A DNA stretch of 64,000 bases, from assembly GCA_008632985.1 (NCBI GenBank), contig QPGO01000131.1:1-64000 (forward strand), read 5' to 3'. A program made the position numbers and the translations under genes. This document shows positions 25,957-37,566 of the stretch, piece after piece. The notes beneath the pieces were generated by a model that worked only from the letters and a program-made list of their open reading frames with translations, was not told the origin of the DNA and searched no databases. Position 1 is the first letter of the stretch. Every line of letters begins with the position of its first letter. The DNA comes from Psammoneis japonica (lineage: Eukaryota).

Positions 25957-28900
25957 CACTACATGAGTCAGGGGACACTACAGCCGTAGGCCTGGTACAA
26001 AGCAGAGGCGCGTAGAGAAGTGTACCAGACATCCCGTGGGCCTAGCTCATGACCCATCATCACAAATAAAAACGGCCAGCCACATTATTTTTGCTTTTCA
26101 ACGGACCAACGGTGTTGTCGTTATCAACGACATCACCGTTGTAGTTGTCTCTATTCACAACCGCGAGTGTCTCATTTCTTGGCATGTTACAAAGGAAAGG
26201 TAAGTGAGTGTGCTGCAACGGGCTCTTTAGTTTATGTTGCACTGCTGCAGAACTCAATCTTAGCCTTTGTTTCGTCCCCGATGTTTTCATCCTCCAGAAA
26301 GACTCGCTGCCAATCTTCAGGTGCCTTGTTTTCCACCGCAAGGAAATAGATTGGTGCCCAAGACTTTTTGATGACTTCTTCCTCTGCAATGACCACACAC
26401 TCTCCTGATGGGTCAGTCTCCAACAAGACACCAACTCTTTCCGGCCCTTGCTGTTGAACTCGGGCGGCTCTTTTCTTGGCAGCTTTCCGCATGACCTTCC
26501 GCCTCTTCGATTCAATCTTTTGGACAATGGCTTGGACATCAGGCAAGTGGTTCTCTGTGACTCGACGAGCATGGCAATTGACCCTTTGTGCAGTGTCAAC
26601 CATTGAACTTGTTGCACTGCAGGCATCACTCAGGTGCGGACGGCAGTTCTCAAAGCCCCCTTCGTCACATCGCCCTTGCATTTTAAGCCGTTCACTAGCC
26701 TGAGCTCCATGATGTTCATCGCGATGCATGCCTTGACACACACTGGCCCAGTGTTCTCATTTTTGTCTGGAAACTCTTCTCTCCATGCTTTTGAGTGCGC
26801 CGCAGTCGCTTCCCCCATTTTCAGCAAGTCGCCACCCTCGAGCTTCCGCTGAGTTTTCATTGGCTTTGCTTTGGCAAGCAACGGTGTTGCCACCTTTTTT
26901 GTTTTGTCCATCAACTCAACAATGGCAGCATGCACCTCTGGACTCTCATCCTTGTTGTGTGCATTGCATGTTGCTTCGCAGATCTTGTTCCACACGGACA
27001 GAACCTTGATGCCAGCTGCGTTCGACATGTTGCATCCTCCGAACATGGGATGGCAGGTCGCGTTGCCGCACACTTCAATTGACCTTGTGAAAACATGGTG
27101 TGCCGGTCCTTTCGGCTTGTTGTCGGACTTTTCACATGCATTGACAGCTTCAAGGACAGTTGACGCTCCACGCGTGAGCTTCGTCAAGACTCCGAATTCT
27201 GTTTCTTCGGAATGCTTCTTTTTCTCGGCAACCAAACACTCGAGATTTGCTTCGTGCCTTTGCACTGTGGATTCCAAGGGAGTGTCCTTGGCCCTTTCTG
27301 CAGCTGGTGCTGCCTCCACTGACTTGATGTCTTTGTCACAATCCCGGTTGGCTTTCAGGAGTGCGTTGCAGTCCTCGGAGGGCGTCTTCTTTCTTGCACT
27401 CAGCATTGTTTTTAACATCAAGCACATGCTCTCCCCAAGGTGCTTCCTTCTCAATGTTGGCAAGCCGGTCTCGAATGAGTGGACAGAGATGGTGTGAAAA
27501 CGTGCTCATTGTAAAATGCGCGGGAGAGCTGAGGTCCTTGCTTTGATCTTGAACGAGGAAGGCTTCTTTCGTTTGGCTGGCTGAGGTGAGTCTGTCTGAT
27601 CGATCTTGTGTGGCCGTGTGCTTAAAGTCACCGCCGTTTCGATTTTTTGTGCACGCCTCAAAGTTGGCTGTTGGGGAGTTCTCGCCAGATCTTAGAGGAG
27701 CATCGCAGTGCTTCCATTTCCCTTTCTCTTCTGGTTTCTCATGAACTTCCATCCAGCGAGGAAGATGCTTTGAAAAATCTGCAGCTTGCATCGTACATGT
27801 GGGACACGAGCAAAGCACTGAGGCGGTCCCCATGCCGCTCAAAATGTTTTGCTGCTTCCCATCATGAGATTGAAGAGCAAACATCCCTTGGCTTGACATT
27901 CTTGCACTCGCACCGACCGGAACGATGAGCGGTGCAGGGATTGGGAAGCGTGCAGACATGAGCTTGCAGGAAGGTGAGTGAGATTCATCATGCACTTCAA
28001 CGCCAGTGCACACAATCGCATTGTCGGGGGCATTCGATGGCTTCTCGTTTGCATTGGCAAGGACTGGCTTTGCTGCCAGCTTTCTCACAAGATTGACAGC
28101 AGCTTCTGGTGACGCAGCAACGCTCCCTTCCACAGACAATGTAGCTGGCTTCTCTCGGGGTTGGTGTGCTGGTAGATCTGATGCAACATCTTGAGATCGC
28201 TCAAGCAAGATGTCATCGGACAACACCGATTCCTCTGCACTCTTGTCTTGCAGCTCCACAAGCACAGGGATGCAAATCGGCACCTTGCCATCCTTGTCAA
28301 CAATTTCGATCAGCAGCACGGTCACCTTGTCGTCAAGCAGCAGCTGTGGGAAAGCCTGCAAGGGAAGATCCTTTCGGAATGTGTGCTGAGACGAAGATTC
28401 TCCCAGCATTCGCTGGCCTCTTCCACCACGGCAAGACGGGTTCCAGTCCCAGGTGGGACTTTTTGTGACATTGGGCCCGCAGAATTCTACGTGCGAGCTC
28501 CGTGGTAAAATTGTCAAGCAATGAACACATGAATGATCGCCAACAGAAAAAGAGGCAATTTTGCGAACGCATCTCCTCCTCCACACTTGAAGTGCATTCT
28601 TTACAGCATGCCCGGGTGTGTTCTTTAGACATTAAACAGAAAGCCTTTGGCTTCGCAAAACAGGCAGTGTGGAACAATTTTTTACAATAGAACACGCAGA
28701 AATGTACGTGCGAAACATGCGACGGATGATGAAAAATAATTGTGTCACAGTTCAGCAGTGCGAGGTCCCACCAGAGCTGGAACACGTCGCAAGCACCCCA
28801 CAGTGATGGGCTGTGTTGCCGTCCTTGCGGTTGGCAATGCGGATCAACAATGAAGTGAGATCGCCTCCTTTGTCAATGCCAAAGACTGGCACAATCATGG

Positions 28901-30734
28901 ATTTCAATGCGGAGAAAGATTCAGAGGCTTCGAACTCTCCGGTTTCTATGGCTTTGGCTGTCAGCTTCTCAACCACCAAGCACAAGTCACGTGGAAACCA
29001 CATCACGCACGATTTCTTTTTCGATTCCCTCCTGTCGGTGAACAATGGCATTTTCATGATCCTTCTTGGAATGTCCTCTTTCTTGACGCATTCATTCACC
29101 AGATTACGAGCATTCGGAGGGAAGACGCATGACAGGTGCTCGGGTCGAGAATGCGCGAGAAAAATGTTCAAGCGGTGGAGCGCGTTGCAGCTCATGTGGG
29201 GATCAACACATTGCCGCAATGCAACAATCTCTGGAGGAGCAAATGTGATTTTCTCTTGTTCAACAAGGATGAGCTTTCGTTTCTTTGCAACTTGCTGGAG
29301 CACGGCTGGGCTTTGCTCTGGGCGCTCGTCCAATTGCTTTTCAATGGCGGATGCTTTTCGTTTTGTCACACGCTTCTTCAGATCTTTCATGTCTTCAGGA
29401 ATTTTCTTGCTCTGTTGAAGATTTGAATGCTTGGCAGAGAATCCTCCGCCATTCTTCGTGCACTTCAAAGTGACAATTCCCTCATCCGTGGTGCACTGCT
29501 TCAGAACCGAGAATGCAAGGGTTTGAAGTTCTGTGTCGGGCTTGTGCAATGAATCTTTCAACACCGAATCACAAAATGGCTTGCTTGCTTCTGCCACAAG
29601 TGCGTTTGGATCTGGCTCAACTGGATGAGCAATTTCTGACAAAGTGGCAGCAGCAATGTTGTTCAGATTCGTCAGAGAGGTCGACGACTCCTCTGCGGCA
29701 TCTTCCGATTCCTTTTGATTCTTCAACAGTCGACTGGAAGATTCATGAAGAGAAAAGTTTTCCATCAACAGATCACTTGTCAATTCTAGCATCTCTTCCG
29801 GACTGGTGCTCTTGAGATGCTCCTGAATCTTCTGCTGGAGAGTCGCTCGGGTTGGCGGATGCACTGTTCTTGGTGGGCTTGACCCCACCGTGTCTGGAGA
29901 GATGACTCGAGCGGGAGGGGGGGAGGCACTTTCATGGGAGCCAGTTGAAGGAGGGGAGGACATTGACTCACTGGATGACTTAACAGCCTTTGCTTCAGCA
30001 TTTGCCACTTGGCTCCTTGCTCTAGCTCGAGCATCCCTGTCGTCTCGAATCACTTGCTCGTCTCAGAGGCAAGCAAACGGTTTTCCTTTCTCGGCCGTTG
30101 CTGAAACAACTGTTGCAACAGCGGCATTGTAAAGTGCACTCACTTTGAGCTGCTCATGAAGTTGAGTAATCTTCTTTCCATAAAAACGGCCACATGCATC
30201 GATGAGCGAATCTTGGTCGATGCGCACTGCCTTGGCAAAAAGCAAAGCGCCAGGGATTCTTTCTTTGCTTTTGCTGTTGTGTTTGACCACCCAGCACGAA
30301 CATCCGGGGATGACTCCATCCATGCCACCATTTTTGTTGAATTGGTCAATAAATGCACGTACTCTGGCATGTGCTTCGGTCGGAGAGACCTTTGAAACCT
30401 TCGCTTGACTCTGACGGATGGAGGCAACAACAGCGACGATGTGTGAGAAGATGTGAAAGAAGTTGTGTGAAAAAACAGCATCTAAGGAAGTAAATCGAGC
30501 GGCAATCACTATACCACATGCTCCCAATAGGGTTTAAAAAGACTCTCCAGATGCGATTACCGCTCGATTATCAACATTAACGCCGCCGTGAACGATTTGC
30601 GTGCCATGGTCGATGTCATTTTTTCTCTTGCAAAAAGCACGAGGATTGTGAGGTGGCGGACGAACGCGCCAAAAAATATTTTAGTCGAATTATTCAGCTA
30701 TAAGGTCCCTTCACGTAGGCTGACTCATGTAGTG
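25957..30734 (-). mobile_element. 4.8-kb DNA transposon, Chapaev/Transib (RAG1-like) type, with perfect 15-bp TIRs
   Basis: TIR CACTACATGAGTCAG at 25957-25971 and its reverse complement at 30720-30734; flanks ATTC / ATTT; interior encodes a broken DDE transposase. Confidence 0.85.
26232..30527 (-). pseudogene. Decayed Chapaev/Transib/RAG1-core-like transposase
   Basis: Collinear ORF pieces with VFGIDKGG-x-LLIRIAN (about 28864-28886), HDGKQQNILSGMGTASVLCSCPTC (about 27795-27866), SSPAHFTMS, HPMFGGCNMSN (about 27040), GRCDEGGFEN (about 26650-26670); almost no Tyr codons. Confidence 0.7.
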
Positions 30735-30738
30735 ATTT

Positions 30739-31351
30739 CACCGTCCGCGAATTTTTATGAGTTATGTATATTTATATTAATACAACGGAAATTTTTGTCA
30801 ATGATGTTATGTAGTTTTTAACGGCTATCCGTTTCATTTAGTCTTGTTTGGCGAACAACATAATACTGTTTATAAATTATTTATTCATGTGCCTTTCTAT
30901 GTTTTGAGTCGTGAGGGCTGTTGATGACTTATGATGACTTATGATGACTTATGATTACTTATGATGACTTATGATGACTTTTGATGACTTATGATGACTT
31001 TACTTAGGAAGTCGAGTGTGCGGTTCCCGTGCGAAGGACAGCCAACGGGCTGGTATGTATGTCAGTTTGTCTGTGGACACTGTTGTCTTGATGACTTATG
31101 ATGACTTATGATGACTTTTGATTACTTATGATTACTTATGATTACTTATGATGACTTATGATTAGTTTTAACGAGTTTCCGCGACCAACTCTCCATTGAC
31201 ATTTCACGATTAAAAACATTGGCGAGTTTATTTGGCGAGCACAGAATGTGTCTTATCGCTAAAGCAATATGAACCATCATAACATATATATATATATTTG
31301 TCCATTGGATTCTTATAAATAGCATATAGTAATGAAAATTCGCGGACGGTG
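30739..31351. mobile_element. 613-bp AT-rich MITE-like element with CAC-initiated TIRs
   Basis: CACCGTCCGCGAATTTT at 30739-30755 and exact reverse complement at 31335-31351, imperfect match extending to about 50 bp; no matching TSD seen. Confidence 0.8.
30921..31163. repeat. Two blocks of 10-bp tandem repeat (ATGATGACTT, variants ATGATTACTT/TTGATGACTT) separated by a spacer of about 85 bp
   Basis: About 8 units at 30921-31000 and about 7 units at 31088-31163. Confidence 0.95.
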
Positions 31352-31470
31352 CTGCCCCCACAACTTGACATGATCCAAGATCCGCCGCTACTAGAGACTA
31401 TGCGAACGCATCACGTTCGAGTTGCAACCGTTAGAGAGAGAGCTGAGATGATTGCTAACCGTTGCGCAAG

Positions 31471-33094
31471 ATGGCATCAGTAGTAGAAGTGCCGCAGCCT
31501 GATATGCCAACGTCCACCTCGTCCTACAAAGACGTGGCAGATCTCGACGGAAGCTCTCGCACTGCCGAACAGGAGATGGACGCCAAGCTCCGTTCGCATC
31601 TTGCCTCCCTCTCCGTGAGCGGTTCTGAGCTTCCGATGGACATGGGCAACTTTTACGATCGGTACTTCCTGCACAATACCGATGATCTTGATTTGGATGT
31701 TCGCAAAGGGTCCTTCAAATGTGTATCTAAATGGCTGCACGAAATGGAGGGTGATGGATTGGTTTTGCTGAAAAAACACTGGCAGACTGGACGAGCGTAT
31801 CGGAAATAGACTGCCACCAAGAGTGTGGTAGCGGTTGGTCGTGAGCAGGTGGATCTATTTCAACGGCATCAACTGGCTTCGCTTGAGCAGTCATCATCTC
31901 CTTCAAAGGAAGCGGCCGCTGGTGTTTATATCGAGTCTGGATCTGATGGTTCCGACGAGACACAGGGAATATCCATCAAGCCAACCCATCACGCCATAAG
32001 AATGCAAGAGAAGCGCGGCATATCTGATCAAGATCTCAAGCAGGCAATTGCGCAGTCAAAGGCGCCGTTACAACGAAAGCGCGATGGCGTAAAAGTCATA
32101 TCCGCAGACGGTATCACGGCTGTCGTATCGGGAGGACAGAAGCATCGAATTATAACAACGTGGAAAGAATCTTATTCAAGTGGAAACAATTATCTGTCTC
32201 GGTGGACCCATCTTACCTTTGCAGATGACAATACCGAGGGGTTACATTCAGCAGCGTCCCGTGACGGTAGTGGAAATGTATCAGCGGTACAAAAAATCTG
32301 GATGTCGAATCGGCAAGTATGGGCGCAAGGTGCGGTCTAAGTGGGAGGCTGGCGCTAGGGTTCGGAAAAATAAAAAGTATCGCAAAAACGTTTGGGTCGT
32401 AGGATTGAACGAGAAGCTGGTTGAGCCCGTTGCCAAGCAGATCCAAAATCAAATGGGCGTGCATGTTGCGATCGGTACTCTGTGTAAAGAAGAATGGGAA
32501 GCCGCCATCAGCAAGGATGAGCCAACTTTCCCAAATGTGACAGAAGGAAGCAAAACTCTATGCGTTAACTTGCCTGACGAAGATCGTATAATTTCTCAAG
32601 CCCTTTCATACATTGAGGTCGTCGTTCCTCCAAAATATCGGCGTTATCTGAGGGAGCAGATTATTGAGTTAGACGCGGGAGAGGGTGAAATGTCCCCGTG
32701 GCACGTGAAGGATTTGACAGCTGCTGCCAAACTTGAATTTGATCAGCAACAAGCGCAAGAAGTTGAGGCTGTCATTGCAGAGCTGACGGAATTATATACC
32801 TTGTACGCGCCTGAGAAAGTGAACGGTATACCCTCAATGATGAAGAAATATCAGGGGAAAGAGAAGGCATTCCTTCATGCCGCAAAACGCAAGTACGAGA
32901 GGAGCAACTCTAAAGATCAAGATGTTGATGTTACATGTTACCATGCGGATTGTAGGAGCAGCGAACAGAAGATCCATTCACGAGTTAACGCTGAAGATCT
33001 ACTTGGAGAAGACGACACAGACGGTGATACCCCTCACGCAATTCCTAGCAACCAGCTTGCATGGGAGGAAGAAGGCCTATCTACATACTTTTAG
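31471..33094 (+). CDS. Hypothetical multi-domain protein (eIF2D-like segment plus DUF4258-like segment), interrupted reading frame
   Basis: LDVRKGSFKCVSKWLHEMEGDGLVLLK resembles eIF2D/ligatin; THHAIRMQEKRGISDQDLKQAI resembles DUF4258; ELYTLYAPEKVNGIPSMMKKYQGKE helical motif. Three ORFs that need frameshifts or introns. Confidence 0.45.
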
Positions 33095-33589
33095 ACCAAA
33101 GTGTACAGCTCCATGAATGTACTTGCTCTCTTCGTTCGATCTCCACTAGGCTATGAAACAGAAAAAAAAACCAATTGTCTTGAAATTGAAAATGAGCAAA
33201 GATACATATACCTGCATGACTTGGAAAACTCCGGCACTGCTAGCGAAGCAGGAGGGAATCTAGCATCTGATTTTGAAGTCCCAGAGAGAACTGAAAGAAG
33301 CCGCCCTCTGGCATCTCAGTGTGGCGATATTGTAGTACAACATGCTTGACGAGAAGCAGCACCACTGTGCCGTACTCTTTTTTAGCGCTAGAGAGACGCT
33401 TGAACAATCTTCATTAGAAAACGTCTTGCTACTACATGTATAATGAGATTACTTTCGGATTGGCTTCATCCACTCATATCAAATCAATCTATTCCGCCTG
33501 TAGTTCCTGCTAGTTTTTACTGTTCGAGGCGCAGAAATCGCACGAGCACGTCTGGCACTCGGCGTCCACGCAATGCCCCAATTAGCAAC

Positions 33590-35850
33590 GAGGAGGCTTC
33601 TGATGGCCAGCAGTGCAAAGGACATGGTTGGTGGTCATCTCAAAACCAGGACCGGTGTAGTCAGTGTTCTGCTCCATGACCCACTGCCAAAGGAACCAAT
33701 TACCAGAAGACGAACCACTGTGCAGACATGACACTCTCACCTCCCTTGACTCGCTTAACTTGAGGGTGCTTTCAACGGCTCTCTCCATTGCAAGCACTTG
33801 CTCAAATCCAACCTCAATCTCCCATGAAACTCCTCCAGATCCAAAGAAACTGGTCTCAAACCTGGCACTGATAGACTGCAAGAATCTGCAGGACTCTTCC
33901 ATGTTGACTGAAGTGGACCTTGTTGCAGTCATGGACTGAGTGACTGTCATGGACACATGCAGCCCAGACTCACCGGTCCTCCACTCTCCAATGACAGGCA
34001 CAGTTGACACACCACAGTGAAGATTGTCTCAAACCCAAAGTGAAGGCTGTTCCATGATGTGCCATCTTTGTGAATGCCAAAATCTTGGACACTGAGTTGC
34101 ACTCCCTTCACACCACATTTGTCGTCAACAACAGCAGGGCTCTTCCAATCTCCAAAGAGTCCCTTTTCAACTTCTGCCCACTGCGCAGCTCCTGACACAG
34201 GATTCTCACAATGAATCTTCCATCCATTGAGGCAGCGTCATCCTCATGATGGCCGCAAAAGTCATCCAACCTCATTTGAGCTCTGTTGACAAACAAGCTG
34301 TGGGGGCACATCTTTTTCTGCTTCCAGTCACCAAAGAGGCCTTTGTTGATTTTTTTCTCAGTTTGTGTGCACCAATGAAAGAGTGAACAGAATGCAAGCT
34401 CCAGAACATTGGTGGAAGTGTTGTCTTGGTGCTTGCCAAAGTCTTGTTGGAGTTGGGTTTGAGCATCAAAAATCAACCTTTCTCCTCTGCTTGCCGTGGT
34501 CTCCAATCACCAAACACACCAGGCTTGATTGTCTTGTCTCAATGTCTTTTCCCAGGAGAGGTGCTCACTTGTCACCTGCCTCTTGCAGAGGGGATGGTGG
34601 GTGCAGCATCCATGCTGTCACACTGTCCTTTGAGCCAGCACAGAGGCTTCAGGGGTGTCAGCGGCTCTGCCATGAGCAGAGTTTTTTGCAAGGACAAGGA
34701 AGACTGAAGGAGCAGAGGGTTTCATTTTGGATCTTTTTGCATTGTTCATTGCTTGTCATTTTTGGTTCATTGTTCGTTGAATTTGTGAGCAACTTTCGAC
34801 ATGAAAAAAGCAGAGTGCTGGATCAGCAGTGGCTGCAAATTCCATGACTCAACTCAAAACTGCATGTGCACTTCCAGCACCAGCAGCGCACCTCTGTTTC
34901 CACCATGTGACTGAGAAATGTGTTGTGTGTTGTTTTTCATGTGCACATTCAGTGTTTTAAAACATCTTTTTTGTCTGCTTGATGAGTGTTGTCAGCCAAG
35001 TCATTGTCGTTGTTGGTGTGCGCTTCACAAACAAAATTGTGGCTGTGCGGCAGAAAGGGAAAATGACAAGTTGTTGAATCTTGGAAGGTGACATTGATTC
35101 ATGGTTTGTCTGTGTGCCACTGCTGACTTCAGCACCAGAGCCTGGCATTAAAGATGCACAGAAGCAAACTTGCGCAACAAGCGCACGCTGCAAGAAAAAA
35201 GAGGGTGCTGGCAGCGTCCCTTTCTTCTTCTTCTTTGATTTCCACCACTCCCACCATTGGCAGCAAGGCAGCCATTTGCAGTTCAACATGTGCTTTTTTG
35301 ACAGATTCTGGCAGCATCATGTCCCATGTCAAAATTTGTGCTTGCCAGCGAGCGCCCTTTTCTTTTCTTGCTTTTGGTGGAAGCCTTCAACAAGCTCATT
35401 TTTGATCTTACAAATTCTTCCTTTGACATTGATTGCAGCCACCTTGTCATTCTGTTCCACCAGCTTTCCTTCAACTGGGGGTCCTGACACTCACAAATCA
35501 CGTCAAAGCCTTTGCAAGCACCGAACATCACCGCACGCTGGTGGCTTCGTCGACAAACCATCAAAAAATCCCGTTGTCATCACTTCAAGTTCATGCCAAT
35601 GGGCTTTTAACAATGGTGAAAAGTGACACTTGGGTGGTCTCTCATCGGTCTTGTTCATGGAAGATGGTGTCACTCTCTTTGACAGCATCGAGAAAGTGTG
35701 TGCATGCCTGAGCCAAGGAGCGCACCCCCCCGCCTTTGGGGCACAAACAACAAGCAAGAGCAAAGAGCAAAGGAATGAACAGAGGCAACAAGGACTAGAT
35801 TCAAAAGCATTGTGAAGCGCCACACGGCTTACGAGCGACAGTTCAGCTGG
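33590..35850. other. TpA-depleted island of decayed coding-like sequence
   Basis: Very few TA in about 2.3 kb, CpG also low; many overlapping stop-poor spurious ORFs rich in C/H/Q. Confidence 0.8.
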
Positions 35851-36126
35851 AACAATGCTTGTCAAGAAGATCTTTGCCCGCCATCTTCAATCTTCAACTC
35901 GATCGTCCTGCGAGGAAATGCTGGTCCGCGGAATCCGCATCCCGCGCGAAGGTAAGGCACCGTCCGTCCTTCGCATCCGAGCACACAGAGACGAGACACC
36001 GAGACACGTGCGACGATATCGCCATGATGATGGTGTTATTGGTCGCTACCGTACGTCGCGCTGTTCCTTCTTGAGCAGGACCTTAAAGCAGAAGTATCAA
36101 TCTTTTGGTAAATCAGAAAGACAACC

Positions 36127-36696
36127 ATGGGCCGCTCACAAGTAGAGTACAATCGGAAGCATGGTCGACCGGGCGGCAGAGGAAAAAATGCCGCAGGTGC
36201 AGGAGGTCGCGGTGGACGAGGTTCTTCTTCTAACAGAAGGCATGTCGTTGCTGGTGACAATTCCTGGCGATATGCAAAGGACAACGACGGGAGAGAGCAG
36301 CATGACGAGCAATCGAACTTGATGCTTGTGGAGGAACACCACCATGACTTGAACGTGATGAGCGGTGGGAGCTATGTTCACCACACCGAATTTGATTTAG
36401 CAATTGATGGTACCACAACAACAGAGCAAGATTGGGATATTGTTGCCATGTCGGCTGCTCTGAAAACTATTCCTGTACATGAGCGCTTGGGAGTGCCAAT
36501 GTATTTGTTTGATTCACTAAGGGGAGCCATTGTAACAGACGATTCGGGAAAAGAGTATTCTCTCAATCAGACGGATCAAGACGAAGTAGCTGGCTCTACA
36601 ATCTCTGAGAAAGAGGAAACAGAGGGAACAACTAATCAGAGCGACATTGATGATGAAGATGACATGGAGGCGTGGCTCGATAGCGTTATATCTTAG
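36127..36696 (+). CDS. Hypothetical protein (basic RG-rich N-terminus, acidic C-terminus EAWLDSVI)
   Basis: Intact 189-aa ORF, normal composition, accATGG start. Confidence 0.7.
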   Translation: MGRSQVEYNRKHGRPGGRGKNAAGAGGRGGRGSSSNRRHVVAGDNSWRYAKDNDGREQHDEQSNLMLVEEHHHDLNVMSGGSYVHHTEFDLAIDGTTTTEQDWDIVAMSAALKTIPVHERLGVPMYLFDSLRGAIVTDDSGKEYSLNQTDQDEVAGSTISEKEETEGTTNQSDIDDEDDMEAWLDSVIS

Positions 36697-37566
36697 TTAG
36701 CAAGACGAACGTTTGTAGCAATTGAAGACATGTGAAAGACTGGGCATGCTGGGTTGATTGCATTTTCACCGGGAGAGGATCGCTTCTGTATAGCCTACAC
36801 GTTTGGGATTCATTTTTTTCTGCTGCTGTACGAATCAGTTGACATGTTCTTGAAAAGCGAATTCGTGCTAGACAAGACTTCATTTTTGATTTTACGCCAG
36901 ATATAGCCTGACAGAAAAGTTTTGCATTTTTGCGCTTCATCAAGTCTCTTTGTTCCGTTGGTCGTCGTTAATACCAAACTTATTCACTGATGTTGCAACG
37001 ATTTGAAGTTGTAACTGTGGTAGAAGAAAACGGAAGAACACCCATGGATCCTTGTCTGTGCTGTAGCTGCAAACACGAGTTCGATTTGGCATGGAACGAA
37101 ATCCCGAATCCAACACGAGCGATTGACATACCGGTATAATGGAGCTTTGTGGATAAAGATTCGCTTGTAAAAGACACCCAGCCCGTACTGCTTATGATAT
37201 TCTGGTGAATTGGTGCGTCCAACGAAAAAGTGAGGAACCCGTCATCTAGCATCATACATTCCTCCTGACGACCGCTGCAAGGTACAAAAATCTTTGAGCT
37301 CCGAGCTCCAGTATCTTTTCTTCATCGTTTGGAAGGTACACTGCAGACCGCATTGTGTCGACCTACACTGTATGTATGATGCTTTCGATCGTTGTTTGCA
37401 ATTCCTTATTTGTATATCTAATGATTTTTCTACCGGTACAACACTGAGGCATTCATGAAAGGCTTGTAGTCCTGGATTGAGTCACAAAGTTTAAACGCCA
37501 AGAACTATTCACAACGCAGAAAATCAAATTAAGGATTTAGGCGTAGGTATTTACGACAATACTTCA

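Noticed and set aside
25957..25961. CACTA terminus taken as an EnSpm/CACTA element
   Set aside because: No 3-bp TSD (TTC vs ATT), and the transposase motifs fit Chapaev/Transib better. Not fully excluded without a profile search.
30921..31163. Repeat array as CRISPR, telomere or box C/D snoRNA cluster
   Set aside because: No unique spacers and no cas genes. The unit is not a TTAGGG-like telomere repeat and lies inside TIRs. ATGATGA resembles box C, but no paired box D structure is evident.
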